A DNA stretch of 32,000 nt from an uncultured Dysgonomonas sp. (GCF_934668725.1 NZ_CAKUOF010000022.1:4562-36561); one strand, 5' to 3'. Positions 17,201-26,293 are shown, counted from the stretch's first letter. Notes: generated from the letters alone by a model not told the origin. Program-made: numbers and translations.

Positions 17201-17884
17201 TCAGAATCTATAACCTACGCCTCCTACAAAATTACCCGTACGACCTCCCAAATTGACTTCACCAAAGACAAATATTTTTTTGCCAAACGAAAATCCTATC
17301 GGAGTCAACATAAACTCGTTATCGAATGTAGTATTGTTACTCTTTGCCGAGTTTCTTTTCGAATCCATTTTATAACGTGTTATGTCCCAATAAAAACTCC
17401 ATCCAATACCCGAGTAAAGACGAAACTTCTCTTTCGCAAGCCACGAATATCTGATCATAGGTGTAAAAGCAACATTATGCCCTTTCAGGTAACCGGCTTT
17501 TGAGTCATCAATACGATTATAGAAATCGGTATTATATCCACTATAGGACAATGCCCCTCCAAACGAGAAACGAAGGTCGGACATGTTATAGAAATAATTA
17601 AGACCAAATACGCCTGTTGTTTTTGTTGCACCGCTATAAGTGGCTGCACCAAAATAGTCGTTGCCGTAATACCCCCCATAGCTTGGATAATAGCCGTAGC
17701 CGTAGCCATAACCGTAGCCGTAGCCAGACATGTAATAAAAACGGTCGTAATAACTTTCGTCATTTACAGAACCATACGACAATCGAAGTTCGTGCTTATT
17801 CTCTTTGAAAAACTCTTTTTTCTGGGCAAAAATAGCCGAACTAAAAGCACATAGCAGTAGCGTGAACAGATAAATTCTCTTCAT
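17201..17884 (-). CDS. Small outer-membrane beta-barrel protein with a (Gly-Tyr)6 repeat
   Basis: 227 aa. Signal peptide MKRIYLFTLLLCAFSSAIFA. Alternating aromatic/small beta-strand pattern. C-terminal GGVGYRF (terminal Phe, an OMP sorting signature). SGYGYGYGYGYGYYPSYGGYYGNDY near the N-terminus. Confidence 0.7.
   Translation of the reverse strand: MKRIYLFTLLLCAFSSAIFAQKKEFFKENKHELRLSYGSVNDESYYDRFYYMSGYGYGYGYGYGYYPSYGGYYGNDYFGAATYSGATKTTGVFGLNYFYNMSDLRFSFGGALSYSGYNTDFYNRIDDSKAGYLKGHNVAFTPMIRYSWLAKEKFRLYSGIGWSFYWDITRYKMDSKRNSAKSNNTTFDNEFMLTPIGFSFGKKIFVFGEVNLGGRTGNFVGGVGYRF
17690..17725. repeat. Six tandem hexanucleotide units encoding (GY)6 inside the beta-barrel gene
   Basis: ATAGCC GTAGCC GTAGCC ATAACC GTAGCC GTAGCC on the + strand. 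Equivalent to GGCTAC-type repeats on the coding strand. Confidence 0.85.
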
Positions 17885-17942
17885 ATCAAATTGTTTTAAT
17901 TAATAAAATTTTAGTTGTTTATCGTATTTTAACGCGCGTTTT

Positions 17943-18926
17943 TTAGAAATTTTTGTATTCGAAAACCTTGATTTCATTACATGCACCGAGTATACCTAAT
18001 CCTCCATGAATATTGGTATGCACAACAATTGGCTCAGACACTTTATCCGAAGATACTTGCTGGCTACGCTGTAATGATGAGTAGTATTTATATAAATCTT
18101 CACTTATTGATTGCAATCTTACTGTCAGATGCCGTTTCATGGTAACGGAGTCTTCTGGAAAATACCAATAATAGGCTGAATTTTCGACATAAAACGATAG
18201 AGTATATTCTTTACCTGCAAATGTCGCATTACGAAATACCGAGAAATTATTATAGACAGAAGATGCTAATCCGGTATTTGAATTAATGGGGCTTCCTTTA
18301 TATCCGTCTGTTAATACAGGGTCATTTGAATAATACGATGAATAAGTAAAATGCTCACGAATAGTATCACCCTTTAAATAAAAAAAACTGTTATTTACCA
18401 ACAAACGGTAATAATTGTCTCTTGCCGGAATATCTTTTATCGTCAATTTAAACATCGTATAATTTACCAGTCTGCCATATTCAATACGATTGAAACTTGC
18501 GGTATCAACCGAAACGACTTGTGGAGCCGGCGGTAAAATAGCCATTGACTCGAGCACTTTCCCCTTATAATATGACTTTAAATTTAATTTATCCCCCTCT
18601 TTCAATCTCGCCAATAAAATATAAGCAGTATCAGCATCACTATATTTTAGATAAGATGTATTCCCATTTAAGCTTAGGTTAAACTCAGCATCATTGATTA
18701 TATCATACCCCCATTTATCATTTATCCCGGAGTTTAATGTATCCCTGTTATATATAGGACGACTTTTACTCATATAAAAATAACTTGTATCGCTATTGGC
18801 ATACAATAGTCCGTTTAAAACCACATGTGGAGTTATAGAAACACCTCCTATATCGACTACTTTCTCGAAGTCGCACGATGAGAACAAAATAGTGGTAAGT
18901 GACAATATGACAAATAGTTTTCTCAT
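17943..18926 (-). CDS. DUF4249-like lipoprotein (the usual partner of non-SusC carboxypeptidase-regulatory-domain TonB receptors in Bacteroidota)
   Basis: 327 aa. Lipoprotein signal MRKLFVILSLTTILFSSC-DFEK. Pattern PHVVLNGLL...FNLSLNGNTSYL...GDKLNLKSYYKGKVLESMAILPPAP resembles DUF4249 as I remember it. Starts 3 nt after the receptor stop. Confidence 0.6.
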   Translation of the reverse strand: MRKLFVILSLTTILFSSCDFEKVVDIGGVSITPHVVLNGLLYANSDTSYFYMSKSRPIYNRDTLNSGINDKWGYDIINDAEFNLSLNGNTSYLKYSDADTAYILLARLKEGDKLNLKSYYKGKVLESMAILPPAPQVVSVDTASFNRIEYGRLVNYTMFKLTIKDIPARDNYYRLLVNNSFFYLKGDTIREHFTYSSYYSNDPVLTDGYKGSPINSNTGLASSVYNNFSVFRNATFAGKEYTLSFYVENSAYYWYFPEDSVTMKRHLTVRLQSISEDLYKYYSSLQRSQQVSSDKVSEPIVVHTNIHGGLGILGACNEIKVFEYKNF

Positions 18927-18929
18927 TTC

Positions 18930-21521
18930 TTATTTGAATTTATATGTAAATGATACAGAAGGAACTACTCCAAGTAATGAACTCTCTATTATCACTCTAT
19001 CATTATATCCGTAACCACCTACACGAGCCATGTAGGGATTTAATCTGCCATACACATTATATACACCCAGAGCCCAGATTTTCCGTGGCGACCGGTAATA
19101 TTTCAGCTCTAAATCCAGATGGTGGGTATCCGACATTTTATAATTATTACGACCACTAATATATTTTACGGAAGGATAGCCATAGTAATTCTGGTATGGA
19201 TCATCTCCGGCATTAGGTAAGGGCTGATATTCTTCAAGAGGCAAAGTACTTCTACTACCGGTTGCATACACCCATGAAGCTAGAAGAGCTATTTTTTTAC
19301 TACACTGGAATGTACCTGTTATATTAAAATTATGCCTGCTATCGTATTTTGCAGGAAAAAGTCGTCCTTTATTTATTGTCTTGAAACGGCGTTCGTTCCA
19401 CGACAATGTATATCCCAGCCATCCAGTAAAACGCCCTTGTGTTTTTTGGGCAAATAGTTCCATTCCATAAGACCATCCCTTACCCGATTCAACATATTCT
19501 ACCCACGAAGTAAACGCATCTTTCCATGCCACGCCATCTTTATATTCAAGCACATTATTCATCCTCTTATAAAACCCTTCAACCGAAAAATTATATCCAC
19601 TTTTTGTATCGACAAACAAACCTCCTGTAAATTGATGGGAAGACATGGGTCTGAACTTCTCGGTTATCGGCACCCATAGATCGGTAGGCTGACTTATTGT
19701 ATTAGATGATAACAAGTTTACAAATTGATTCATTTTAGTATAAGAGGCCTTAACGGCAACTTTAGGAGACAACTCATACCCTAAAGATACGCGCGGTTGC
19801 AATGCCAAATATGTCTTACTTTGGACGTTAAAGACCGAAAAATGAAGCCCAAGATTGCTTCTTAATTTCTTTGTAATAAAGAATTCATCTTCAGCATATA
19901 GTGACAATTCCTGACCTCTTATCTTGTCATATAAATAATAATTTAGCTTCCACTCCTGATTGTCATTGCCCATTTCTCTTACTTGATAACCATGCATCTC
20001 CGGACTGAACTGATGCAATATTACACCTCCTCCAAAACGGAAATAGTGATTATTATCGGGCTGATATTCAAAATCGGAACTGAGCTGCCAATCTTTAATT
20101 CCTGATCTTTGAAATCCTGCATAGTTTTGTCGATGCTCCTCATATTTATCATCGACGAATGACCTGAAGTTAAATTTATATTTATTGTATGCTAAAGTGT
20201 TATTCATGAATAATTTATTATTAATCACATAATTCCATCTCAGAGACATTATATCATTACCCCATCCATAGCTGTAGTTGGTCTTATTATAAGACTTTAC
20301 ATCATCCCCTTCATAGCTGGTCATATCACTTTTTGTATCTAATTTGTCACGACCGCTATAATAGCTCAGATAAAGCCGGCTCCGATCCGAGAACTTATGA
20401 TTTATCTTGGCATTCATATCGTAGATATAAACCAAACCATTGGGAAAAAGAGAAGTATAGGTTATTCGTTGAATAGCATCAATATAAGAACGTCGTGCCG
20501 AGAAACTATAAGATGTTTTACCTTTTACAATAGGCCCCTCTATATTCATTCTGGCAGCAAATAAGCTGACAGTAAAATCTCCATGAAATTTTTGCATATC
20601 TCCATCTTTAAAACGAATATCAACAACAGATGAAAGACGTCCACTAAAACGGGCGGGAAAACTTCCTTTATGCAAGGATACTTTCTTTACTGCATCACCA
20701 TTAAAAACAGAAAATATCCCCCACATGTGCCCTGTGTTATAGACCGGAACTCCATCAATCAGAATCAGGTTTTGATCGGGGCTTCCTCCCCGTACATACA
20801 TTCCTGCCGAACCTTCTACTCCTGCTCTAATTCCCGGTATAGTCTGGAAGGATTTCAGTATATCATTTTCACTAAAAGCAGCAGGTATCGGTTTAGTTTC
20901 TGAACCTGACAACTCGATAGAACCACTTGAAGGAGAAAATGATTTTGTATTATACACTGTCACATCCTGCAATATGGCACTAGATTCCTTCAAGCGAAAA
21001 TTAACAATTGTATCATTCTGCACATAAAAACTTTTCGAAAGAGGTTTAAATCCGATGTAAGATGCTTGTAAATTAACACTATCCGGCATAACCTGAATTG
21101 AATAATAGCCATAAGAGTTAGTGAAGTTACCGGCACCCGATCTTCTATCACTGATTGCTGCCCCTAGCAAGGTCTCCATTGAGTTCTGATCTGTTACATA
21201 CCCTGATATGGTAATTTTCTTCGCCTTGTTCAGAATAATATGGCTACCCTCTATTTGCCAACTGATACCGGTTCCACCAAAAATTTGCTTCAATGTTCCA
21301 TCAATGGGCATTTGATATATAGATATGTCTTTTCGCTGTTCCATATTCAGGTTTTCATTAAACACAAACGTGTAGTTACATTTTGTTTCCACCGTTCTGA
21401 CTATCTCTTTGAGGGTATTATTTTTCATCTCCAGAGTTATAGAGGTTGTTTGAGCATATCCTGTAAATACGAATAAACAAATAAATAAAAACAAAAGGGG
21501 TATCCTAACAGATATGTACAT
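18930..21521 (-). CDS. TonB-dependent transducer: STN signalling domain, carboxypeptidase-regulatory-like domain, plug and beta-barrel
   Basis: 863 aa. Signal peptide. STN-like LKEIVRTVETKCNYTFVFNENL...LKQIFGGTGISWQIEGSHIILNK. CarboxypepD_reg-like ISGYVTDQNSMETLLGAAI. Plug DILKSFQTIPGIRAGVEGSAGMYVRGGSPDQNLILIDGVPVYN. Long aromatic-rich barrel. Confidence 0.85.
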   Translation of the reverse strand: MYISVRIPLLFLFICLFVFTGYAQTTSITLEMKNNTLKEIVRTVETKCNYTFVFNENLNMEQRKDISIYQMPIDGTLKQIFGGTGISWQIEGSHIILNKAKKITISGYVTDQNSMETLLGAAISDRRSGAGNFTNSYGYYSIQVMPDSVNLQASYIGFKPLSKSFYVQNDTIVNFRLKESSAILQDVTVYNTKSFSPSSGSIELSGSETKPIPAAFSENDILKSFQTIPGIRAGVEGSAGMYVRGGSPDQNLILIDGVPVYNTGHMWGIFSVFNGDAVKKVSLHKGSFPARFSGRLSSVVDIRFKDGDMQKFHGDFTVSLFAARMNIEGPIVKGKTSYSFSARRSYIDAIQRITYTSLFPNGLVYIYDMNAKINHKFSDRSRLYLSYYSGRDKLDTKSDMTSYEGDDVKSYNKTNYSYGWGNDIMSLRWNYVINNKLFMNNTLAYNKYKFNFRSFVDDKYEEHRQNYAGFQRSGIKDWQLSSDFEYQPDNNHYFRFGGGVILHQFSPEMHGYQVREMGNDNQEWKLNYYLYDKIRGQELSLYAEDEFFITKKLRSNLGLHFSVFNVQSKTYLALQPRVSLGYELSPKVAVKASYTKMNQFVNLLSSNTISQPTDLWVPITEKFRPMSSHQFTGGLFVDTKSGYNFSVEGFYKRMNNVLEYKDGVAWKDAFTSWVEYVESGKGWSYGMELFAQKTQGRFTGWLGYTLSWNERRFKTINKGRLFPAKYDSRHNFNITGTFQCSKKIALLASWVYATGSRSTLPLEEYQPLPNAGDDPYQNYYGYPSVKYISGRNNYKMSDTHHLDLELKYYRSPRKIWALGVYNVYGRLNPYMARVGGYGYNDRVIIESSLLGVVPSVSFTYKFK

Positions 21522-21529
21522 GCAAACTC

Positions 21530-22492
21530 TTATTTTCGGGTCACTATTTTATATTTATCTCCATACTTGATGTAGGTAAACTCTGCCGCCTGACCCAATA
21601 TTGTCAGTGCTTTTTCTACCGATTCGCCCGAAGCAAAACGCACTGTTATACGCAACTGCTGTAATGCCTCATTGTCAATTTCGAAATTTACATTATGCTC
21701 ACGCGATAAAACTTCTAAAATATTAATAAGAGGCTCATTATCGAACATCAATACATTATTGCACCAAGCTTTCTCTATATCTGGATTTTTCAACTGCTGC
21801 ACTTCGAACTTTTTTGTTTTCTTACTAAAAACAGCTTGTTCGCCGGGTTTAAGCTTCGTAATATATCCTGAGTGTACCCCAACAGATACAATACCGTCAA
21901 ATAAAGTGGTCGTGATGTATTCCTGACTTTCATAAGCATCTATATTAAATTTTGTACCTAAGACTTTTACCTCTATATTTTTAGCTTTTACAATAAATGC
22001 TTGGCTGTTTTTTTTAGCGACATCAAAATATGCTTCTCCCTCTAAAGATACCTCACGGGTTTTGCCATTCATATTTTGAGGGTAAGTAATCGATGACTTA
22101 CTATTAAGTATCACAAAAGAGCCATCGGGTAGTTTCACTTCTTTCTTCTCCCCATAGGAAGTTGCTACATATACCATTACCGGTTGTTTAATATAATTAT
22201 ATACAACTGTTGATATAAATGAGAGCAATAATATGGCTGCTACATAACTCGCATATTTAACAAAAGGCTGTTGTATGAACGATTGGTTTATTCTTATTTG
22301 TTTCTCAACGAATCTGTACGTTTTATCCGCTCCATATTTATCGGGGAGCATAAGAGGTGTATCATCCGATGTAAAAAAGAGAAAGTCTTTATCCGATAAA
22401 TCCTTTTCGATGAGAGCCTGCTCTTGCTCCGAAAGGGAGAGTCCTTTCAGATATCTTTGACGAGCTTTTTGTATTTTAGTATTATATTTCAT
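21530..22492 (-). CDS. FecR-family anti-sigma factor / transmembrane sensor
   Basis: 320 aa. Single TM segment (YVAAILLLSFISTVVY). FecR domain LPDGSFVILNSKSSITY...VSLEGEAYFDV...FIVKAKNIEVKVLGTKFNI. C-terminal DUF4974-like LINILEVLSREHNVNFEI. Stops 8 nt before the receptor start. Confidence 0.85.
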   Translation of the reverse strand: MKYNTKIQKARQRYLKGLSLSEQEQALIEKDLSDKDFLFFTSDDTPLMLPDKYGADKTYRFVEKQIRINQSFIQQPFVKYASYVAAILLLSFISTVVYNYIKQPVMVYVATSYGEKKEVKLPDGSFVILNSKSSITYPQNMNGKTREVSLEGEAYFDVAKKNSQAFIVKAKNIEVKVLGTKFNIDAYESQEYITTTLFDGIVSVGVHSGYITKLKPGEQAVFSKKTKKFEVQQLKNPDIEKAWCNNVLMFDNEPLINILEVLSREHNVNFEIDNEALQQLRITVRFASGESVEKALTILGQAAEFTYIKYGDKYKIVTRK

Positions 22493-22562
22493 CTTTTATC
22501 TCTCTGTTTTATCGCTTTCAATAATAAAGAGTACGAAAAATAAAAATACCCCTATGGAGAAT

Positions 22563-23138
22563 TTAAAAAAATACGATAAAAAGATTTTCTTTTAGTTCTT
22601 CATACAAAAGCTTCACAGCCTTATTCATCTGATTATCTACAGTCTTAGGTGATATTCCTAACATTTCTGCAACTTCGGAATATTTTTTGCGTTCTTCACG
22701 TACCAGACGAAATACTTCGGCACAACGAGGGGGTAACTTTTCTAATGCCTGCTTATATTTCTTTTGTAATTCAACATCTACGATATCAAAATCTGTTTCG
22801 TCACTGCTGTTATAGTTAGTGTCAGGTAGATTCTCGATAAGTAACTCTGTCTTTTTTCGATAATTTTTTTCGACATAACGGGCAGCTGCATGTTTTAGTG
22901 CTATAAAAAGATAAGCATCGGAATTGGTTATAGTATCTAAGATTTTACGGCTTTGCCACAACGCAACAAAAACGTCTGCTACGACTTCTTGTGCATAATC
23001 GGGATTGTTATTTAAATAATAAAGAGCTTGCCGAAACAACTTTGTATAATAATGATTATAAAGCAAGCGGAACGAATCCGGGCAATCAGACTCGGCTATT
23101 TCTTTCAGAAGATTTGATATGTCTTTCTTATATTCCAT
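22563..23138 (-). CDS. ECF-type RNA polymerase sigma-70 factor
   Basis: 191 aa. Region 2 (FRLLYNHYYTKLFRQALYYL...AQEVVADVFVALW) and region 4 HTH (YSEVAEMLGISPKTVDNQMNKAVKLL). Confidence 0.85.
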   Translation of the reverse strand: MEYKKDISNLLKEIAESDCPDSFRLLYNHYYTKLFRQALYYLNNNPDYAQEVVADVFVALWQSRKILDTITNSDAYLFIALKHAAARYVEKNYRKKTELLIENLPDTNYNSSDETDFDIVDVELQKKYKQALEKLPPRCAEVFRLVREERKKYSEVAEMLGISPKTVDNQMNKAVKLLYEELKENLFIVFF

Positions 23139-23146
23139 GCAGCGGG

Positions 23147-23154
23147 CAAAGGTA
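23147..23154 (-). promoter_or_regulatory. Candidate -7 box (TACCTTTG on the minus strand) just upstream of the ECF sigma ATG. It would imply a near-leaderless mRNA.
   Basis: CAAAGGTA on the + strand at 23147-23154, with the ATG at 23136-23138. Motif match only. Confidence 0.25.
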
Positions 23155-23470
23155 GTAAGAAAGAATTTAAATATAATTTATTTATATTTTCATTAACTCC
23201 ATGCTTTTAAACTCTTTCAATCAACAAAATATCATTTTCCCGTATTGGCAAAGAATATTACAACACTTATTTAAAACATTAACAGCTATAACTATTAACA
23301 TATTTTACATTCAGAAATTATAATTTTCTTCCCTTTTTCTCATTCACAAATATAACTCTATCTGTTCATAAAGTAGCATGCTTTCATGTTCTATCTTCAT
23401 ACAAGAATAGAGTATTAAATCCCATTCTTAGATTCAACACCCTATTTTTGCATAATAATTACTCCCTGTC

Positions 23471-25843
23471 CTATCGCTCTACAATCTCAAAACGTTCTTT
23501 TAATTTAATATCCTGAGAAGAAGAACCTATCCTAACTTCAAAAAAACCAGTCTCTACAACAAACTCGTTGTATTTGTTCCATAAACCTAAATCCTGAGGA
23601 GTAAGAGTGAATTTAACTTCCTTCGTCTCACCGGGTTTTAAATTGATGCGTTCAAATCCTCTAAGAATCTGTGTATATGTGGTAACACTGCTTACTTCAT
23701 CATTCAAATAAAGTTGTACAACCTCATCCCCCTCTATTTTCCCTGTATTTGTAATTCGTACAGAAACATCAATATTTGAAAGAAGTCCTGCCTGATTTGG
23801 AGATACTTCTAAATCAGAATATTCGAAGGTTGTATAACTTAAACCATAACCAAACGGATATAATGCCCCCGATACCCGTACAGGACCGCCTGTGTCAGAA
23901 CCCGGTTTGAATGGAAATGCAAAAGGAATCTGCCCTACAGACTTAGGGTATGTTACAGCTAATTTTCCTCCCGGATTATAATCCCCGAAAAGAACCTCAG
24001 CTAAAGCCGTACCCGTAAATTCGCCGGGAAAAGATGCCTGTATAATTCCAGGTACATATTTATTAGCCCAATTGATTGATACTGCACGACCATCTATCAA
24101 CACTAATATAACCGGTTTCCCGGTAGCATAAACAGCTCTCAGCAAATCCTCCTGATGTCCTGCCAAATCAAGATTAGAACGTGAATAATATTCCCGAACC
24201 GTTTTTTCGGATCCTCCAAGTACCACGATTGCGACATCCGATTCCAGAGCTGCTTTTACAGCTTTATCTATCATTTTCTGATCTTCAATTGATATAGCCT
24301 CCTTTATAATTTCACTTTCCGGAAAATTCTTATCAATTATATCACAGCCTTTTTCATAAATAATCCGGGTACCGGGAAGCAACGTTTCCAATCCTTCTTT
24401 TACAGTTATGATAGGCGGATTAGCGGGACCGTATCGGCAAACAAAATCTTTACGCTCATCCGCATTAGGTCCTATGAGTGCTATTTTTTTTATGCTTTTA
24501 CTTAAGGGTAATATATTATTCTCATTTTTCAAAAGCACCACAGACTGACGTGCCGCATCTAATGCTATTTTTTTATGTTCGGGAGAAGCAACAATCCCAT
24601 CTACTTCCTTTTTATCTCCTGTGTACGGATTGTCAAATAACCCTAATATAAATTTTACACGAAGTATGTCACGCACTCTTGAATCTACAGTTTGTTGAGA
24701 TACTTTTCCTTGTTTTATCGCCTCTCTCAAAGGAAGTATAAAGTCTTCAGGTGGAGTAAAGTTTGTTCGAATATTCAATCCTGCATTCACCACCTCTGCG
24801 GCTGCATCTACTGCATTTCCAGATACTTTATGCTTACTGTACAAATATTCCACAGCTTCACTATCCGAAACTACATACCCTTTGAAGCCCCATTCCTGAC
24901 GTAATATCTCAGTCAAAAAATGATAGTTTCCGGTGATAGGTATTCCATCGTAGTCGTTGTATGAACTCATAACACCTAATGCTCCAGCTTCTTGAAATGC
25001 AACTCTGAATGGCTCGAGAAACAATGTCCTCATCTCCCGTGGAGCCACATGCGGATCGGTTCGAGTCTCCTCATCGCGTCCTCCTACCGGTATGCTATAC
25101 ACTGCAAAATGCTTGGGAGTAGCTATCAGTCCATTTTTTTGGAGTCCTGCAATCATTCTCTTTCCCAATTGGCTTACCAAATACGGATCTTCTCCGTAGC
25201 ACTCTACAACTCTCCCCCAACGAGGGTCTTGTGCAATATCTAAAATTGGGGAATATATATTTGTGTACCCCAAAGCTTTAGCTTCCACAGCCGTTACTTC
25301 AGCTATTTTACTAATCAGTTCTTTGTTCCATGTCGCTCCCTGCCCACTCTGTGCAGGAAAAAGCGTTGCCTGATAATGACAAAGCCCCCTGATACCTTCG
25401 TTAGTAAAATCAACAGGAATACCCAAACGCGTATCTTCTACAAACCAACGTTGAACAGTATTTATTGCATCAACATGTTTTGAGAACGGAAATGCGTATT
25501 CGGATTTAAAACTCCCCAAACCATTATGCTCTTCATCAATATTCCCAATTCCGTCTTTCCATATTTCTGATTTCCATTGAGGGGTTGGCAAAGGATCTTT
25601 CAATACTCTACCCGATCCATAGAGTGTTGCCATTTGAGCCGTTTTTTCATCGGTCGACATTTGGCTTAATAAATCCTCTATACGATCATTTAAACCGGCA
25701 TGAGGATTTTCATAGATATCCATCTTACCATTCTTATTAAAGTCGATCCACCCATTCTTATAAATAGTTTTTGACTGACCACAGACTAAACCTGATGAAA
25801 TAAGAGCCGCTAATACTAATTTTATTTTTAAATTGTTTGTCAT
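23471..25843 (-). CDS. Glycoside hydrolase family 3 beta-glucosidase/beta-xylosidase-like enzyme (BglX type), secreted
   Basis: 790 aa. Signal peptide. GH3 N-domain blocks (GIPVDFTNEGIRG, DPRWGRVVECYGEDP, KHFAVYS, GFKGYVVSDSEA with the nucleophile Asp context). The alpha/beta sandwich domain and a C-terminal Fn3-like domain (VVQLYLNDEVSSV...LRGFERINLKPGETKEV). Confidence 0.9.
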   Translation of the reverse strand: MTNNLKIKLVLAALISSGLVCGQSKTIYKNGWIDFNKNGKMDIYENPHAGLNDRIEDLLSQMSTDEKTAQMATLYGSGRVLKDPLPTPQWKSEIWKDGIGNIDEEHNGLGSFKSEYAFPFSKHVDAINTVQRWFVEDTRLGIPVDFTNEGIRGLCHYQATLFPAQSGQGATWNKELISKIAEVTAVEAKALGYTNIYSPILDIAQDPRWGRVVECYGEDPYLVSQLGKRMIAGLQKNGLIATPKHFAVYSIPVGGRDEETRTDPHVAPREMRTLFLEPFRVAFQEAGALGVMSSYNDYDGIPITGNYHFLTEILRQEWGFKGYVVSDSEAVEYLYSKHKVSGNAVDAAAEVVNAGLNIRTNFTPPEDFILPLREAIKQGKVSQQTVDSRVRDILRVKFILGLFDNPYTGDKKEVDGIVASPEHKKIALDAARQSVVLLKNENNILPLSKSIKKIALIGPNADERKDFVCRYGPANPPIITVKEGLETLLPGTRIIYEKGCDIIDKNFPESEIIKEAISIEDQKMIDKAVKAALESDVAIVVLGGSEKTVREYYSRSNLDLAGHQEDLLRAVYATGKPVILVLIDGRAVSINWANKYVPGIIQASFPGEFTGTALAEVLFGDYNPGGKLAVTYPKSVGQIPFAFPFKPGSDTGGPVRVSGALYPFGYGLSYTTFEYSDLEVSPNQAGLLSNIDVSVRITNTGKIEGDEVVQLYLNDEVSSVTTYTQILRGFERINLKPGETKEVKFTLTPQDLGLWNKYNEFVVETGFFEVRIGSSSQDIKLKERFEIVER

Positions 25844-26279
25844 TATATATTATATTTTACCTTAATAAATAAGGTCTAAGGTTTTATTTTTTTCGACTAC
25901 TCAACTCATCGTTTATCTGCTTTAAGAGTTCAATTTTCATTTAACATTTCGGACTAGCATCTCTTCTGGATAAATCCGATAAGCTACAACCTGAAAATTT
26001 ACTGAATATATTAAAGTTTCATTTACCGGATAAAAGAATCTCACCGGAGCATTACTTTTCGTCAATAACACTCCAATACTTATGTCGTGAATGAAAACCG
26101 GAAGATAAGTATAACGATATTCTGCCCAACATATAAACTATTGCAAGATAAGAAAATTGATTTATACTTTGGCTACTCTTTACCAGTGAATTTTAACTAT
26201 ATTAGAACTTCCATTTATGAAAATCTCAAATCAAAAAAGGAATAAACACACCGCTACTGGACTATATATCTATTTCATT

Positions 26280-26293
26280 TTTGGTATACCAAA
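26280..26293. promoter_or_regulatory. Perfect 14-bp palindrome TTTGGTATACCAAA upstream of the GNAT gene. It contains ATACCA on both strands and is a candidate MocR-type operator.
   Basis: Read directly. Lies 59-72 nt upstream of the ATG at 26352 and 18 nt upstream of a TAATTTTG -7 box. Preceded by GGACTATAT (26259-26267), which also occurs in the yggS/mocR intergenic region. Confidence 0.45.

Noticed and set aside
17189-17808. Three ORFs (17189-17503 +, 17485-17763 -, 17617-17808 +) with odd periodic translations (ATATVMATATA, RSRSHNRSRS)
   Set aside because: They are alternative-frame or antisense readings of the beta-barrel gene. The periodic peptides are simply the (GY)6 hexanucleotide repeat read in other frames. 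The frame at 17201-17884 has a signal peptide and a C-terminal Phe, and is the real one.
23400-23470. Possible terminator after the GH3 gene (AAGAAT...ATTCTT, AGCATGCT)
   Set aside because: The stems are only 6-8 bp and A/T-rich, with no adjoining T-tract on the minus strand. This is not sufficient to call a terminator.
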